From Blochmannia endosymbiont of Camponotus modoc (GTDB lineage Bacteria; Pseudomonadota; Gammaproteobacteria; Enterobacterales; Enterobacteriaceae), in assembly GCF_023585785.1 (NCBI RefSeq), contig NZ_CP097765.1, positions 300,001 to 332,000 on the forward strand: a stretch of 32,000 nucleotides of DNA, in the 5' to 3' direction. Positions 1 through 11,207 of this stretch are shown piece after piece (the first letter of the stretch is position 1; every line of letters begins with the position of its first letter). The position numbers and the translations under genes were made by a program. Below the pieces are notes generated by a model, which did not search any database, had not been told where the DNA came from, and saw only the letters and a list, made by a program, of their open reading frames with translations.

Positions 1-95
1 AAAGAAAGAATATTTTTAGCTATAATTCATGTTTCCTTAATATAAGGCATGATTGTTTTGAGAAATGTTGTAAATATATAAGGATAATTAAAATA

Positions 96-2057
96 ATGTT
101 TGGAAAATTAACAACAGATTCTATTCCGTATGAAGATCCAGTTATTATGTCGACAGTCATTATCATTCTTTTCATTGGAGTAATGCTTTCCGGTATCATT
201 ACATATTACAATAAATGGCGATATCTTTGGAATGAATGGTTTACTTCTGTAGATCATAAAAAAATTGGGATTATGTATATTATAGTCTCATGTATTATGT
301 TTTTACGTGGTTTTGCCGATGCCATCATGATGAGAGCGCAACAAGCTTTATCCTCTTCTGGATCGTATGAATTTCTTTCATCCCATCACTACAACCAAGT
401 AATTACCGCTCATGGAGTAATCATGATCATATTTATGGCTACTCCTTTCGTAATAGGATTAATGAACTTGGTAGTTCCATTACAAATTGGAGCACGAGAT
501 GTTGCTTTTCCTTTTTTAAATTCTTTGAGTTTTTGGTTATTTATGGTAGGTGTAATTTTGATGAATCTTTCCTTAGGAATAGGAGAATTTGCTCAAACAG
601 GATGGTCAGGTTACCCACCATTATCAAGTAAAGAATACAGTCCTGGTGTTGGTGTCGATTATTGGATATGGAGTATACAAATTTCTGGAATAGGAACTAC
701 TTTGACTGGTATAAATTTTTTTACTACAATTTTATATATGCGAGCTCCAGGATTGTCGATGATGAAAATGCCAGTTTTTACTTGGACTGCTTTATGTACA
801 AATACATTAATCATTGCAGCTTTTCCAATTTTGACTATTACTATCGCTTTATTAACACTAGACCGTTATCTGGGAACCCATTTTTTTACTAACGATTTAG
901 GCGGAAATATGATGATGTATATCAATTTATTTTGGGCTTGGGGTCATCCAGAAGTATATATTTTAGTGTTGCCCGTATTTGGTGTATTTTCGGAAATTGT
1001 TTCCACTTTTTCACAAAAGAAGTTGTTTGGATATACTTCATTAATATGGGCTACTATAGCTATTACTGTGTTATCTTTTTGTGTATGGTTACATCATTTT
1101 TTTACTATGGGTGCAGGTGCTAACGTTAATGCATTTTTCGGTATTATGACTATGATAATTGCCATTCCAACTGGAGTAAAGGTATTTAACTGGTTATTCA
1201 CTATGTATCGAGGGAAAATTGTTTTTGCTTCCCCAATGATGTGGACTATTGGATTTATTATTACATTTTCCATAGGAGGAATGACTGGGGTATTATTATC
1301 TGTGCCAGGAGCTGATTTTGTATTGCATAACAGTTTATTTTTAATTGCACATTTTCATAATGTTATTATTGGAGGAGTATTGTTCGGTTGTTTTGCCGGA
1401 GCTACCTATTGGTTTCCTAAGGCTTTTGGTTATGTTTTAAATGAAAAATGGGGGAAACGAGCTTTTTGGTTTTGGATGATTGGATTTTATATGGCGTTTA
1501 TGCCGTTATATATTTTAGGGTTTATGGGTATGACTCGTCGATTAAGCCAACACATTGATCCAATATTTTCATCGATGTTAATAACCGCATCAATGGGTAC
1601 TATATTGATTGGATTGGGTATTATGTGCCAATGTATCCAAATAATAGTCAGTATTGTAAATCGTGATAAATATAAAGATATAAATGGAAATCCATGGAAT
1701 GGATCTACTTTAGAATGGGCTGTTTCCTCTCCCCCGCCATTTTATAATTTTGCAATTATTCCTATAATAAATAGTGATCGTGATGTTTTTTGGTATGTAC
1801 AAAATAATAGAAACGTATATTCTTGTCCTGATCAATTTAAATCCATACATATGCCTAAAAATACGTATTCTGGCATTGTTATATCTTTTTTCGGTTTAAC
1901 ATTTGGATTTGGTATGATTTGGTATATATGGTGGCTCGTTATTTTCAGTATGGTGGGAATCATAACAACTTGGATTCTTCATACATTTAATGATGATACA
2001 GAATATTACGTACCAGTAGAGAAAGTTAAAGAAATTGAATGTGTTAATAATGTATAA
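96..2057 (+). CDS. cyoB: Cytochrome bo3 ubiquinol oxidase subunit I
   Basis: 653 aa; [15 protein letters not shown] start, [67 protein letters not shown] match CyoB; AAGGA RBS just upstream. Confidence 0.99.
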   Translation: MFGKLTTDSIPYEDPVIMSTVIIILFIGVMLSGIITYYNKWRYLWNEWFTSVDHKKIGIMYIIVSCIMFLRGFADAIMMRAQQALSSSGSYEFLSSHHYNQVITAHGVIMIIFMATPFVIGLMNLVVPLQIGARDVAFPFLNSLSFWLFMVGVILMNLSLGIGEFAQTGWSGYPPLSSKEYSPGVGVDYWIWSIQISGIGTTLTGINFFTTILYMRAPGLSMMKMPVFTWTALCTNTLIIAAFPILTITIALLTLDRYLGTHFFTNDLGGNMMMYINLFWAWGHPEVYILVLPVFGVFSEIVSTFSQKKLFGYTSLIWATIAITVLSFCVWLHHFFTMGAGANVNAFFGIMTMIIAIPTGVKVFNWLFTMYRGKIVFASPMMWTIGFIITFSIGGMTGVLLSVPGADFVLHNSLFLIAHFHNVIIGGVLFGCFAGATYWFPKAFGYVLNEKWGKRAFWFWMIGFYMAFMPLYILGFMGMTRRLSQHIDPIFSSMLITASMGTILIGLGIMCQCIQIIVSIVNRDKYKDINGNPWNGSTLEWAVSSPPPFYNFAIIPIINSDRDVFWYVQNNRNVYSCPDQFKSIHMPKNTYSGIVISFFGLTFGFGMIWYIWWLVIFSMVGIITTWILHTFNDDTEYYVPVEKVKEIECVNNV

Positions 2058-2622
2058 ACATAATAATTTAAATATAAAGACAATATTTGGTTTCTGGTTA
2101 TACATAATGAGTGATTGTATTCTATTTGCAAGTTTATTTGCAATATACTCTGTGTTATGTAATAACACAGTAGATTGTTCTTCAGGTAAAGATATATTTT
2201 CATTGCCTTTTGTGTTTGTAGAAACTTGTTGTTTATTATTGAGTAGCCTTACTCATGGCAAAGTTATGATATATGTAGAAAAATCATATACGAAACAAGT
2301 AAATATTTGGATGGGAATAACTTTTTTATTAGGACTATGTTTTATTAGTATGGAGATCTATGAATTTTATCATTTAATTAAATTAGGAAACAATCCATGT
2401 CGTAGTGCGTTTCTTTCTTCTTTTTTTACTTTAGTGGGGACTCATGGTCTACATGTGATAGCGGGTCTTATTTGGATCGCGGTAATGATTATGCATATTG
2501 TGCGTCAAGGATTAACATACACCAACTATATACGAATGCAATGTTTAAGTTTATTTTGGCATTTTCTTGATATTATATGGATATGTGTATTTACTGAGGT
2601 GTATTTACTGGGAGTACTATGA
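2050..2622 (+). CDS. cyoC: Cytochrome bo3 ubiquinol oxidase subunit III
   Basis: [50 protein letters not shown]. Track ORF starts at TTG 2035; first ATG in frame is 2050, overlapping the cyoB stop. Confidence 0.97.
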   Translation: MYKHNNLNIKTIFGFWLYIMSDCILFASLFAIYSVLCNNTVDCSSGKDIFSLPFVFVETCCLLLSSLTHGKVMIYVEKSYTKQVNIWMGITFLLGLCFISMEIYEFYHLIKLGNNPCRSAFLSSFFTLVGTHGLHVIAGLIWIAVMIMHIVRQGLTYTNYIRMQCLSLFWHFLDIIWICVFTEVYLLGVL

Positions 2623-2625
2623 TTA

Positions 2626-2928
2626 ATGAAGAATGGTTATACACAGAAGTCATATTTAATTGGGTTTGCATTATCTGTTGTTTTGACAATCGTTCCATTT
2701 GTTATGGTTACACATGACGCAATAAATAAAAAAATATTAATAAATATTATTGTATTTTGCTCAATAATGCAGATTATTGTTCATTTAATTTTCTTTTTGC
2801 ATTTGGGAAATGTATCTAATCAAGCATGGAATTTAATATCTTTAATATTCACAATATTTATTGTTTTTATCCTTGTGCTAGGAAGTGTATGGATTATGAC
2901 ACATTTGCATCATAATTTGATGATTTAA
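2626..2928 (+). CDS. cyoD: Cytochrome bo3 ubiquinol oxidase subunit IV
   Basis: 100 aa small membrane protein, YLIGFALSVVLTIVPFVMV and HLIFFLHLG; operon position between cyoC and cyoE. Confidence 0.95.
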   Translation: MKNGYTQKSYLIGFALSVVLTIVPFVMVTHDAINKKILINIIVFCSIMQIIVHLIFFLHLGNVSNQAWNLISLIFTIFIVFILVLGSVWIMTHLHHNLMI

Positions 2929-2947
2929 ATAAGATAGTTTAATTGTT

Positions 2948-3832
2948 ATGATTAAATATTATTTACACTTAACGAAACCAGGAATTGTTTTAGGTAATTT
3001 AATGTCGTCTACAGGGGGATTTTTAATAGCATCGCGAGATGCTATATCTTGTTCTTTATTTATCACAATGACTGTAGGAACGACCTTAGTGATAGCTGCT
3101 GGCTGTGTGTTAAATAACATTATTGATCGAGATATTGATGCAGTTATGGAACGAACTAAAAATAGAGTCTTGGTGCAACACAGTCAAATTTTTCTAAATC
3201 AAAGTATATTGTATGCAGTAATCTTAAGTATATTTGGATTTTTGTTTTTGAGTTTTACTAAAAATTTTTTGACAATATATTTATCGGCAATAGGTTTATT
3301 TATATACGTCGGTGTGTATAGTTTATGGATGAAACGTAGATCTATTTATAGTATAATGGTGGGTAGTATATCAGGAGCAATGCCGCCAGTCATTGGATAT
3401 TGTACCGCTGCAAATCAATTTGATGTAGGAGCTTTGATATTATTAATAATTTTTAGTTTGTGGCAAATCCCACATTCTCATTCCATTGCTATTTTACGAT
3501 TAAATGATTATAAAATAGCTTGTATTCCAACTTTCCCTATTAAAAAGGGAGTGGAGTCAACTAAGAATCATATGGTTGTTTATATAATTGGGTTTATTAT
3601 AGCAACTATATTATTTACTGTTATGGGGTACACTAGTTATATATTTTTAATAATAATTAGCGTTATAAATTTATGGTGGTTATATATGGGATTTTATGGT
3701 TATAGAATAATTAATCATGATAGTTTGTGGGCAAAGCAAATGTTTGTATTATCTCTTATCATTATAGTATCATTAAATTTGCTTTTATCCTTAGATCATA
3801 TTTTATTTTCTACAAAAAATATATTACTGTAA
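2948..3832 (+). CDS. cyoE: Protoheme IX farnesyltransferase (heme O synthase)
   Basis: 294 aa; LTKPGIVLGNLMSSTGGFLIA, NNIIDRDIDAVMERTKNR, WQIPHSHSIAILRLNDY. Confidence 0.98.
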   Translation: MIKYYLHLTKPGIVLGNLMSSTGGFLIASRDAISCSLFITMTVGTTLVIAAGCVLNNIIDRDIDAVMERTKNRVLVQHSQIFLNQSILYAVILSIFGFLFLSFTKNFLTIYLSAIGLFIYVGVYSLWMKRRSIYSIMVGSISGAMPPVIGYCTAANQFDVGALILLIIFSLWQIPHSHSIAILRLNDYKIACIPTFPIKKGVESTKNHMVVYIIGFIIATILFTVMGYTSYIFLIIISVINLWWLYMGFYGYRIINHDSLWAKQMFVLSLIIIVSLNLLLSLDHILFSTKNILL

Positions 3833-3989
3833 ATATGACATACGCGAAATACTATTAGTTTAAATGAATAAATAATATGATATTTCTTAGTATTTATAAA
3901 ATTTTTATTTTAAACATTTTATATATATCGATATTTTTAAAATATATAAATTTAAGATATTCCGATATCTATCTATTGTTAACACTATA

Positions 3990-5150
3990 ATGACTAAAAA
4001 AGAATTTTACATTATATTAGGATTGAGCACGATATTTGCATTACGCATGGCAGGAGTATTTATGATTCTGCCCGTTTTAACTATTCATGCTGTTTCCTTG
4101 CAAGGAGCGAATGGAAGTTCGCTAGGTGTAGCTATTGGAGTATATGGTTTAATGCAAATAATCTTTCAATTACCTTTTGGATTAATGTCTGACAAAATTG
4201 GACGTAAGTCTGTTATTATCGGGGGATTAGTGTTATTTATTTTTGGTAGTGAAATAGCAGCAACTACTAATAATATTTGGGGGCTTATTATTGGACGAGC
4301 ACTACAAGGATCAGGAGCTATTGGCAGCTCACTTATAGCGTTGTTATTAGACTCAGTACAAGAACAACATCGCATAAAAGCTATGGCGTCAGTTGGCATG
4401 AGTATTGGTATAGCTTTTGCTGCTTCTATGGTTTTTGGACCAATTATTACTAATAGGTTTGGATTGAATGGATTATTTCATAGTATTGCTATATTAATTA
4501 TAGTAGCCATTGTTCTAATTTGTATTATAAAACCACCTATTTCTTCTCACCCCGTAAAAAATGATGAAAATTTATTTATTATGTTTAGTAAAATTAAACA
4601 TATATTAACGCATTCACAATTAATGAAATTAAATGTCAGCATATTTTTTACACATACTATTTTAATGTTAAACTTTATTGTTTTACCCAAAACAATGATA
4701 AATTTAGGATTTCCTCTTAGTATACATTGGAAAATTTATAGTATTATTATGATAATATCTGCGATCGTAGTATTGACATGTATTTTCTATTTTGAAGGTA
4801 AAAATTGTACAAAAAAGATATTAATTGCTTGTATGAATATTTTATTTTTATCTGAACTAATTATGTCAATGAATACGTTATATAGTAAAATGTTTTTATT
4901 TGGAATGCAGCTATTTTTTATAGCATTTAGTTTAATAGAGACAATATTACCTGCTTTGATAAATAAAGAAGCACAAAAAAAATATAAAGTAACTACTATT
5001 AGTATTTATTCCATTGGTCAATTTTTAGGAATAGGATTCGGTGGGATTTTAGGTGGATTTTTATTAGAAATGAAAGGAGTATGGTTGGTATTGTTTTTTT
5101 CATTAATTATATCCTTATTATGCGTTATAGTAATTAACACACTACATTAA
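3990..5150 (+). CDS. yajR: Major facilitator superfamily transporter, YajR-like, without C-terminal YAM domain
   Basis: 386 aa; MAGVFMILPVLTIHAVSLQGANGS, DKIGRKSVIIGGLVLF, GRALQGSGAIGSSLIALLLDSVQEQHR; adjacent to cyoE as in E. coli. Confidence 0.9.
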   Translation: MTKKEFYIILGLSTIFALRMAGVFMILPVLTIHAVSLQGANGSSLGVAIGVYGLMQIIFQLPFGLMSDKIGRKSVIIGGLVLFIFGSEIAATTNNIWGLIIGRALQGSGAIGSSLIALLLDSVQEQHRIKAMASVGMSIGIAFAASMVFGPIITNRFGLNGLFHSIAILIIVAIVLICIIKPPISSHPVKNDENLFIMFSKIKHILTHSQLMKLNVSIFFTHTILMLNFIVLPKTMINLGFPLSIHWKIYSIIMIISAIVVLTCIFYFEGKNCTKKILIACMNILFLSELIMSMNTLYSKMFLFGMQLFFIAFSLIETILPALINKEAQKKYKVTTISIYSIGQFLGIGFGGILGGFLLEMKGVWLVLFFSLIISLLCVIVINTLH

Positions 5151-5475
5151 TTATTTGTAATACGGTGAAATTTTACAGTTAATAGTGCAATGAAATATAT
5201 AAATCCCATTACTTCATTAAAACGCAAAATATTTCAATAAACACTAAAAAAAAATTATGTTTTTTATAATCTATAAAACCGTAATTACAGGTAGTATGAT
5301 TACTGTAATTTATCAATAAAAGTTAATTGTAATTCAGTAATACTTAAACCAACACAGTGACGTTTTCTATAAAACAATTTTTAATATACTTAATTACTAA
5401 TTAAGTAAGGACCTCATTATTAATCAAAATTTTTAATTGAAGTATTTGTTCGTGCGTGACGTGTTTTCTAATACA

Positions 5476-6936
5476 TTATCTAGGCGGTCTGTATATCTTT
5501 ACATTGCGAAATCCCTGTCTATGCAAATACATTACTTGCAATTGACTCATTATACCATGATCACAATATAATAAATATACTTTATTGGGATCTAATTTAG
5601 AAAATTGATCAATTAGACTATAAAAAGGTATTTTTTTTATTTCTATATTATTTAAATAAAGAGGATTTTTTTCTTGTTCAATTTCTGTTCGTATATCCAA
5701 TACTACATCAGTAGAATCCAATATTTTTTTAGTTTCTACTTGAAATACATGTTGATTAATGATTTTATCAGGAATATTTTGTACGTCTATTACATAAGAT
5801 TGAGACACTGCACGATCTAATATGGTGAAATCAAAATTATTTTCTTCAAATTCGATCAGTTGTTTTGTTGTTTTTGCAGTTGATTTTTTTGATATTATTC
5901 CGCAATATTCTGGAACAGATTTTGAAAGTATCTCTGTGCCTATTTTTCGAGCTAAATTGATAATTTTTTCCTTGTCATAAGCAATTAAAGGACGAAATAT
6001 TACATGATTAGAAACACTGTCAATAAGTGTTAGGTTACTTAAAGTTTGGCTTGATACTTGTCCTAACACTTCTCCTGTTATTAACGCGGTAATTTTAAAA
6101 CGATTAGCTACCAACGATGCAGAACGTATCATCATGCGTTTTAACACTACTCCTATTTGGTTGTCTTTTATTTTAGCAACAATTTCCTTAATGACTTCTG
6201 AAAAATCAATAGAAATAAATTTTATTTTATGAGAACTACTAAATTTGTTCCATAAAAAATGTATTACCCTACATACTTCAACAGTATGCATAGCTCCGCC
6301 TAAATTAAAAAAACAATAATTCACTTTACATCCTCGCCGAATTAACATATAGCTAGCAACAGCTGAATCAAATCCTCCTGAAATTAATGATAACATTTCT
6401 TGTTGCGTACCTATCGGAAAACCTCCTAATCCTTCGTAACGCTTGATAATTATAAAAAGTTGATTATCTTTAATTTCCAAATATATAGTTTTTTCAGGTT
6501 TTGTTAAGTTAACTCTAATATTAGCTATGTTTTGACACAGTTTATTCCCTAAATAATGTTCAACTTCTTGAGAAGTGAAATTATGTTTGCCACAACGTTT
6601 CACTCGAACACAAAAACTTTTGCCTGATAATTTAATCTCATCATTCAGACTGAATATAATTTTTTCATAAATATCTTGTAAAGAATGAAACACATGTTTT
6701 TTAATTAATAATAAATGGTGAATTCCAGGAATATTCACTAAAATAGCGCATATTTTTTGGTACTTTTTATTATTACATATTACCTCAAGATAATCCCAAT
6801 TACGTATAATTGATGCTGATTCATTATTTTTTTTTAAAATAGTTTTAATATTTGTAATGAGGATTTTTATAAAAAAAACTCGTATAGCACGGCTTTTTAT
6901 TGTAATTTCTGGTGATAATTTAATAATTATTTTCAT
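5476..6936 (-). CDS. thiI: tRNA 4-thiouridine sulfurtransferase ThiI (with rhodanese domain)
   Basis: 486 aa; SGGFDSAVASYML PP-loop, RGKHNFTSQEVE, PEYCGIISKK, C-terminal YCDHGIMSQLQ rhodanese Cys. Confidence 0.98.
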   Translation of the reverse strand: MKIIIKLSPEITIKSRAIRVFFIKILITNIKTILKKNNESASIIRNWDYLEVICNNKKYQKICAILVNIPGIHHLLLIKKHVFHSLQDIYEKIIFSLNDEIKLSGKSFCVRVKRCGKHNFTSQEVEHYLGNKLCQNIANIRVNLTKPEKTIYLEIKDNQLFIIIKRYEGLGGFPIGTQQEMLSLISGGFDSAVASYMLIRRGCKVNYCFFNLGGAMHTVEVCRVIHFLWNKFSSSHKIKFISIDFSEVIKEIVAKIKDNQIGVVLKRMMIRSASLVANRFKITALITGEVLGQVSSQTLSNLTLIDSVSNHVIFRPLIAYDKEKIINLARKIGTEILSKSVPEYCGIISKKSTAKTTKQLIEFEENNFDFTILDRAVSQSYVIDVQNIPDKIINQHVFQVETKKILDSTDVVLDIRTEIEQEKNPLYLNNIEIKKIPFYSLIDQFSKLDPNKVYLLYCDHGIMSQLQVMYLHRQGFRNVKIYRPPR

Positions 6937-7227
6937 ATAAATATTTTAAGCATTAAAATACATAAGCATAAGAATAATATATTAGATATAGTAATCTTAT
7001 ACTATATAAATTATTATTATTTATATAATAATGTGCTCTTCTTTTGGATTATCGCATCAAAAATGATAATAGGCTATTATCTATTATATACGTAATCAGT
7101 ATATGAATTTATAAAAATAATTATACTAACATATAGATATTTTTATTATGTAATATTATTATATACCGTGTGTGTTATTTAAATACACATACTAATAGTG
7201 TTTATTTTATGGTGTTAGTACAAGACT

Positions 7228-8154
7228 ATGCTTATGATTGATTTTGTTAATGAGTTACGTGACAGCCATCAACGAGTAGACGAAGCCATTAGTCGTTATT
7301 TACTTATGTTTCTTAAACAAGATGTATCTCTCCTTATGCAAGCAATACGTTATAGTGTTCTGTTGGGAGGAAAACGGCTACGTCCTTTTTTGGTTTATCA
7401 AACAGGGAAATTGTTTGGTATTAGATCGTCAAATCTCAATGCCCCAGCAGCAGCCATTGAATGCATACATGCTTATTCTTTAATTCATGATGATTTACCT
7501 ATTATGGATAATGATAAACTGCGTAGAGGACATCCAACATGTCATGTCAAATTTGGAGAGTCCATTGCTGTTTTAGCAGGCGATGCTCTACATACATTGG
7601 CTTTTACCATTCTTTCAGAAGCACATATGCCAACTGTCACAGATCAAGATCGTTTAAAAATGATTGCTACATTAGCTTCTGCCAGCGGAGCTAATGGAAT
7701 GTGCTTAGGTCAGTCTTTAGATTTAATTAGTAAAAATAATAAAAATATATCAGCCACACAGTTAGAAACCATATATCAGTACAAAACAGGATCATTAATT
7801 CGAGCTGCAGTTCGCATTGGAGCTTTAGCAGCAGGAAACAAAAGCAAAAGCTGCGACGACGTATTGTCATTTCTAGACCACTATGCTACAACTATAGGTT
7901 TAGCTTTTCAAATACAAGACGACATTATAGATATTTCACATGCATATGATCAGAAAAAAAAACACAGTATGCAATCGAAACATAATGATGTCAACAACAC
8001 TTATCCAAAAATATTAGGATTAAACACGGCTCGCACTAAAGCTCAAGATTTATATTGTGAGTCATTAACATCTTTAAAATACATTGCGAAATTAGGCTAC
8101 AACGTTAATATTTTATCTGCATTTTCGCGTTATATCATTAAACGTAACAACTAA
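7228..8154 (+). CDS. ispA: Farnesyl diphosphate synthase (geranyltranstransferase)
   Basis: 308 aa; GGKRLRPFLVYQTG, HAYSLIHDDLPIMDNDKLRRGHPTCH, QIQDDIIDI; directly upstream of dxs. In-frame ATG at 7234 is an alternative start. Confidence 0.96.
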   Translation: MLMIDFVNELRDSHQRVDEAISRYLLMFLKQDVSLLMQAIRYSVLLGGKRLRPFLVYQTGKLFGIRSSNLNAPAAAIECIHAYSLIHDDLPIMDNDKLRRGHPTCHVKFGESIAVLAGDALHTLAFTILSEAHMPTVTDQDRLKMIATLASASGANGMCLGQSLDLISKNNKNISATQLETIYQYKTGSLIRAAVRIGALAAGNKSKSCDDVLSFLDHYATTIGLAFQIQDDIIDISHAYDQKKKHSMQSKHNDVNNTYPKILGLNTARTKAQDLYCESLTSLKYIAKLGYNVNILSAFSRYIIKRNN

Positions 8155-8178
8155 AATTACGTAAATAAATAATATTAA

Positions 8179-10059
8179 ATGAACTGTAATTCAAATAAAT
8201 ACCCCATATTAAGTTTAATCAATACTCCTAACGAATTGAGACAATTATCTGAAGATCATTTAACAAAGTTGTGTAATGAGTTACGTCAATTTCTTTTAAC
8301 TAGTGTTAGTAGATCTAGCGGACATTTTGCATCTGGATTAGGGACTATTGAGCTTACCGTAGCACTACATTACGTATATAATACTCCATTTGATTATTTA
8401 ATTTGGGATGTAGGGCATCAAGCATACCCGCATAAAATTCTTACGGGGCGACGCGAACGTATTTTTAGTATTAGAAGGAGGAACGGATTACATCCATTTC
8501 CTTGTCGTGACGAAAGCGAATATGATGTTTTATCAGTAGGACATTCTTCTACTTCAATTAGCGCGGGATTAGGTCTATCAATAGCGGCGGAACGAGAAAT
8601 GCTAGGACGTCGTACAGTATGCGTGATAGGAGACGGAGCAATAACTGCTGGGATGGCCTTTGAAGCAATGAACCATGCTGGATCTACAAACTCTGATTTA
8701 TTGATTATTTTAAATGATAATGAAATGTCTATTTCAGAAAACGTAGGAGCATTAAACAATCATCATACTCATATTTTATCAAAAAAAGTATATTCCAATT
8801 TAAAAGTAGACAACAATAAAATATTGTCTGACATGTTTTTAACTAATACATTGATTAAACATACTGGTAACCAAATCAAAAATTGTAATGGCACATCAAA
8901 TTCATTATTTTCACAACTTGGTTTTAATTATATTGGCCCCATTAATGGACACGATGTATTAGAATTAGTATATATTTTGAGAAATATACGTGATATGAAA
9001 GGTCCACAATTCTTACATGTTATTACCAAAAAAGGTTGTGGATATGAACCTGCAGAAAAAGATCCTATTAAATGGCACGCAGTACCAAAATTTGATCCTA
9101 AAATTGGATCGTTACCTACTACTACAAAGCATTCTAAAAATATAACTTATTCTGCAATTTTTGGTGATTGGTTATGCCAAGTTGCGGCTCGAGATAATAA
9201 GATTATAGGAATTACGCCCGCGATGAGAGAAGGTTCTGGAATGAGTACCTTCTCTCAGAAATATCCAAAACAATATTTTGATGTTGCAATTGCTGAACAA
9301 CATGCTGTGACATTTGCTGCTGGATTAGCTATAGCGGGTTATAAACCTATTGTCGCTATTTATTCAACATTTTTACAACGCGCATATGATCAAGTAATCC
9401 ATGACGTAGCAATTCAGAATTTGCCTGTGTTATTTGCTGTCGATCGAGGAGGTATTGTCGGAGCAGATGGACAAACTCACCAAGGCGCTTTTGATTTATC
9501 GTATTTACGTTGTATTCCGAATATGATAATAATGACCCCTAGTGATGCGTGTGAATGTAAGTTGATGCTATATACAGGATATCGCTATCGATATGGACCT
9601 AGTGTTGTACGTTATCCTAAGGGATATGCTGTACCCGGTAATTTAGTAGATACAACAAAATTGTATACTTTACCATTAAGTAAAGGTGTAATACGTCGTC
9701 AAGGAAATTGCATTGCAATTCTTAATTTCGGAACTTTATTGCAATCAGCCTATAATGTTGCATCTGAATTAAATGCGACTCTAGTAGATATGAGATTTGT
9801 TAAACCATTAGATGGAAACTTAATAAAAAATCTTGCTAAAAATCACCAAGTTTTAATAACATTAGAGGAAAATACAATAATGGGTGGAGCCGGAAGCGGG
9901 GTGAATGAATTTATTATGCAGAATAAGTTATCAATTCCAGTTTTAAATATTGGTTTGCCTGATTTTTTTATTTCTCAAGGTTCACAATCAGAGATACTTT
10001 CTGAATTGGGATTAGATAGTATAGGTATTTATAAAAAAATTATAAAATGGATACATTAA
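8179..10059 (+). CDS. dxs: 1-deoxy-D-xylulose-5-phosphate synthase
   Basis: 626 aa; [74 protein letters not shown]. Confidence 0.99.
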   Translation: MNCNSNKYPILSLINTPNELRQLSEDHLTKLCNELRQFLLTSVSRSSGHFASGLGTIELTVALHYVYNTPFDYLIWDVGHQAYPHKILTGRRERIFSIRRRNGLHPFPCRDESEYDVLSVGHSSTSISAGLGLSIAAEREMLGRRTVCVIGDGAITAGMAFEAMNHAGSTNSDLLIILNDNEMSISENVGALNNHHTHILSKKVYSNLKVDNNKILSDMFLTNTLIKHTGNQIKNCNGTSNSLFSQLGFNYIGPINGHDVLELVYILRNIRDMKGPQFLHVITKKGCGYEPAEKDPIKWHAVPKFDPKIGSLPTTTKHSKNITYSAIFGDWLCQVAARDNKIIGITPAMREGSGMSTFSQKYPKQYFDVAIAEQHAVTFAAGLAIAGYKPIVAIYSTFLQRAYDQVIHDVAIQNLPVLFAVDRGGIVGADGQTHQGAFDLSYLRCIPNMIIMTPSDACECKLMLYTGYRYRYGPSVVRYPKGYAVPGNLVDTTKLYTLPLSKGVIRRQGNCIAILNFGTLLQSAYNVASELNATLVDMRFVKPLDGNLIKNLAKNHQVLITLEENTIMGGAGSGVNEFIMQNKLSIPVLNIGLPDFFISQGSQSEILSELGLDSIGIYKKIIKWIH

Positions 10060-10155
10060 CAGGATTGTATTCAATGTAGTATGACGTTTAAATAATTTAA
10101 CGCATATAAAGCTAACCTTCAATATTATCGATATATATACATTTTGTAAAAAATT

Positions 10156-10719
10156 TTAATGATATAAATTCATTAGTAATAAAATGATACAAACTGATAT
10201 AATGCTCGCTAATATATCATCAATAATTATTCCAAATCCTCCTTTTATTTCACGATCACACCATGAAATTGGCCAAGGTTTTACTATATCAAATATTCTA
10301 AATAATAAAAATGCGATAATCGTCCACAACCAACTGTGTATTGGTACTATAATTAATGTCATCCACATACCAACAAATTCATCCCAAACGATTGATTTAG
10401 GGTCATGAACACCAATTATTTTAGTAGTATGATCGCAAAAATATATACCCACTCCTGTTCCAATAATCAAGAACAAAAAATAAAACTGAAACGGAAATAA
10501 ATAATTCAAAACCCACCATATTGGTATTGCTAATAATGACGCCGCAGTTCCTACTGGTAGCCAAGAAATTGTACCTAAACCAAAACCAGTGGCAAATAAA
10601 CACCATATTTTAGACAATTTCAAATCACTAATCATATTTAAAAAACATATCAGTAGCACACATCTATTCAGTTTAGGATTAATAAAAGCAATTATTGTTC
10701 TTTCAAATTTATTTTTCAT
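10156..10719 (-). CDS. pgpA: Phosphatidylglycerophosphatase A
   Basis: FATGFGLGTISWLPVGTAASLLAIP, GVHDPKSIVWDEFVGMW, FRIFDIVKPWPISWCD. Track ORF extends to 10773; start taken at internal ATG (MKNKFER). Confidence 0.95.
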   Translation of the reverse strand: MKNKFERTIIAFINPKLNRCVLLICFLNMISDLKLSKIWCLFATGFGLGTISWLPVGTAASLLAIPIWWVLNYLFPFQFYFLFLIIGTGVGIYFCDHTTKIIGVHDPKSIVWDEFVGMWMTLIIVPIHSWLWTIIAFLLFRIFDIVKPWPISWCDREIKGGFGIIIDDILASIISVCIILLLMNLYH

Positions 10720-10741
10720 TATAAAAACGATCATATCATTA

Positions 10742-11176
10742 TTATTTAATAATATGATCGTTTTTACTAACACAAAGCTGATTGACTATTTTATCTAATA
10801 CTCCATTAACAAATTTATGACTTTTTTCAGCTCCAAAATTTTTTACAAGCTCAATTGCTTCATTAATGGCAACTTTATATGGTATATCATTACATTTGGT
10901 AAGCTCAAACAATGCAATACGTAGCACTGAGTGTTCAATATAACCTAATTTCTCTAAATTGCGGGATAAATGCGGTATCATTAATTTATCCAATTCTTCA
11001 GCACAACTTATTACTCCAATATATAATTCATGAAAATAAGAGATATTACAATCTTGAATATCTTGCTCTTTTACAACATAATGCTCTATTTCTTTAACAT
11101 CATTTTTAGATACTTGCCAGGAATACAACGCCTGCAATGTACATTCACGAGCACGCCTTCTGCTAATTGCTTTCAC
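10742..11176 (-). CDS. nusB: Transcription antitermination factor NusB
   Basis: 144 aa; [64 protein letters not shown]. Confidence 0.98.
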   Translation of the reverse strand: MKAISRRRARECTLQALYSWQVSKNDVKEIEHYVVKEQDIQDCNISYFHELYIGVISCAEELDKLMIPHLSRNLEKLGYIEHSVLRIALFELTKCNDIPYKVAINEAIELVKNFGAEKSHKFVNGVLDKIVNQLCVSKNDHIIK

Positions 11177-11207
11177 ATAATTCCTTTTATATATTTTTAT
11201 ATGTATA

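Noticed and set aside
1-95. Possible C-terminus of cyoA at the left edge
   Set aside because: cyoA is expected immediately upstream, but none of the three short frames shows a residue pattern I can assign to CyoA.
662-1123. Short + strand ORFs 662..892 and 932..1123
   Set aside because: Out-of-frame shadows inside the strongly supported cyoB gene; no family resemblance.
1896-2203. Antisense ORFs over the cyoB/cyoC junction
   Set aside because: Low-complexity AT-rich translations opposite real genes; no start context or homology.
4166-4399. 77-aa antisense ORF inside yajR
   Set aside because: Mirror ORF of a conserved MFS coding region.
8418-8759. 113-aa antisense ORF inside dxs
   Set aside because: Longest shadow ORF, but it lies fully opposite the highly conserved TPP-binding region of dxs and resembles no known protein.
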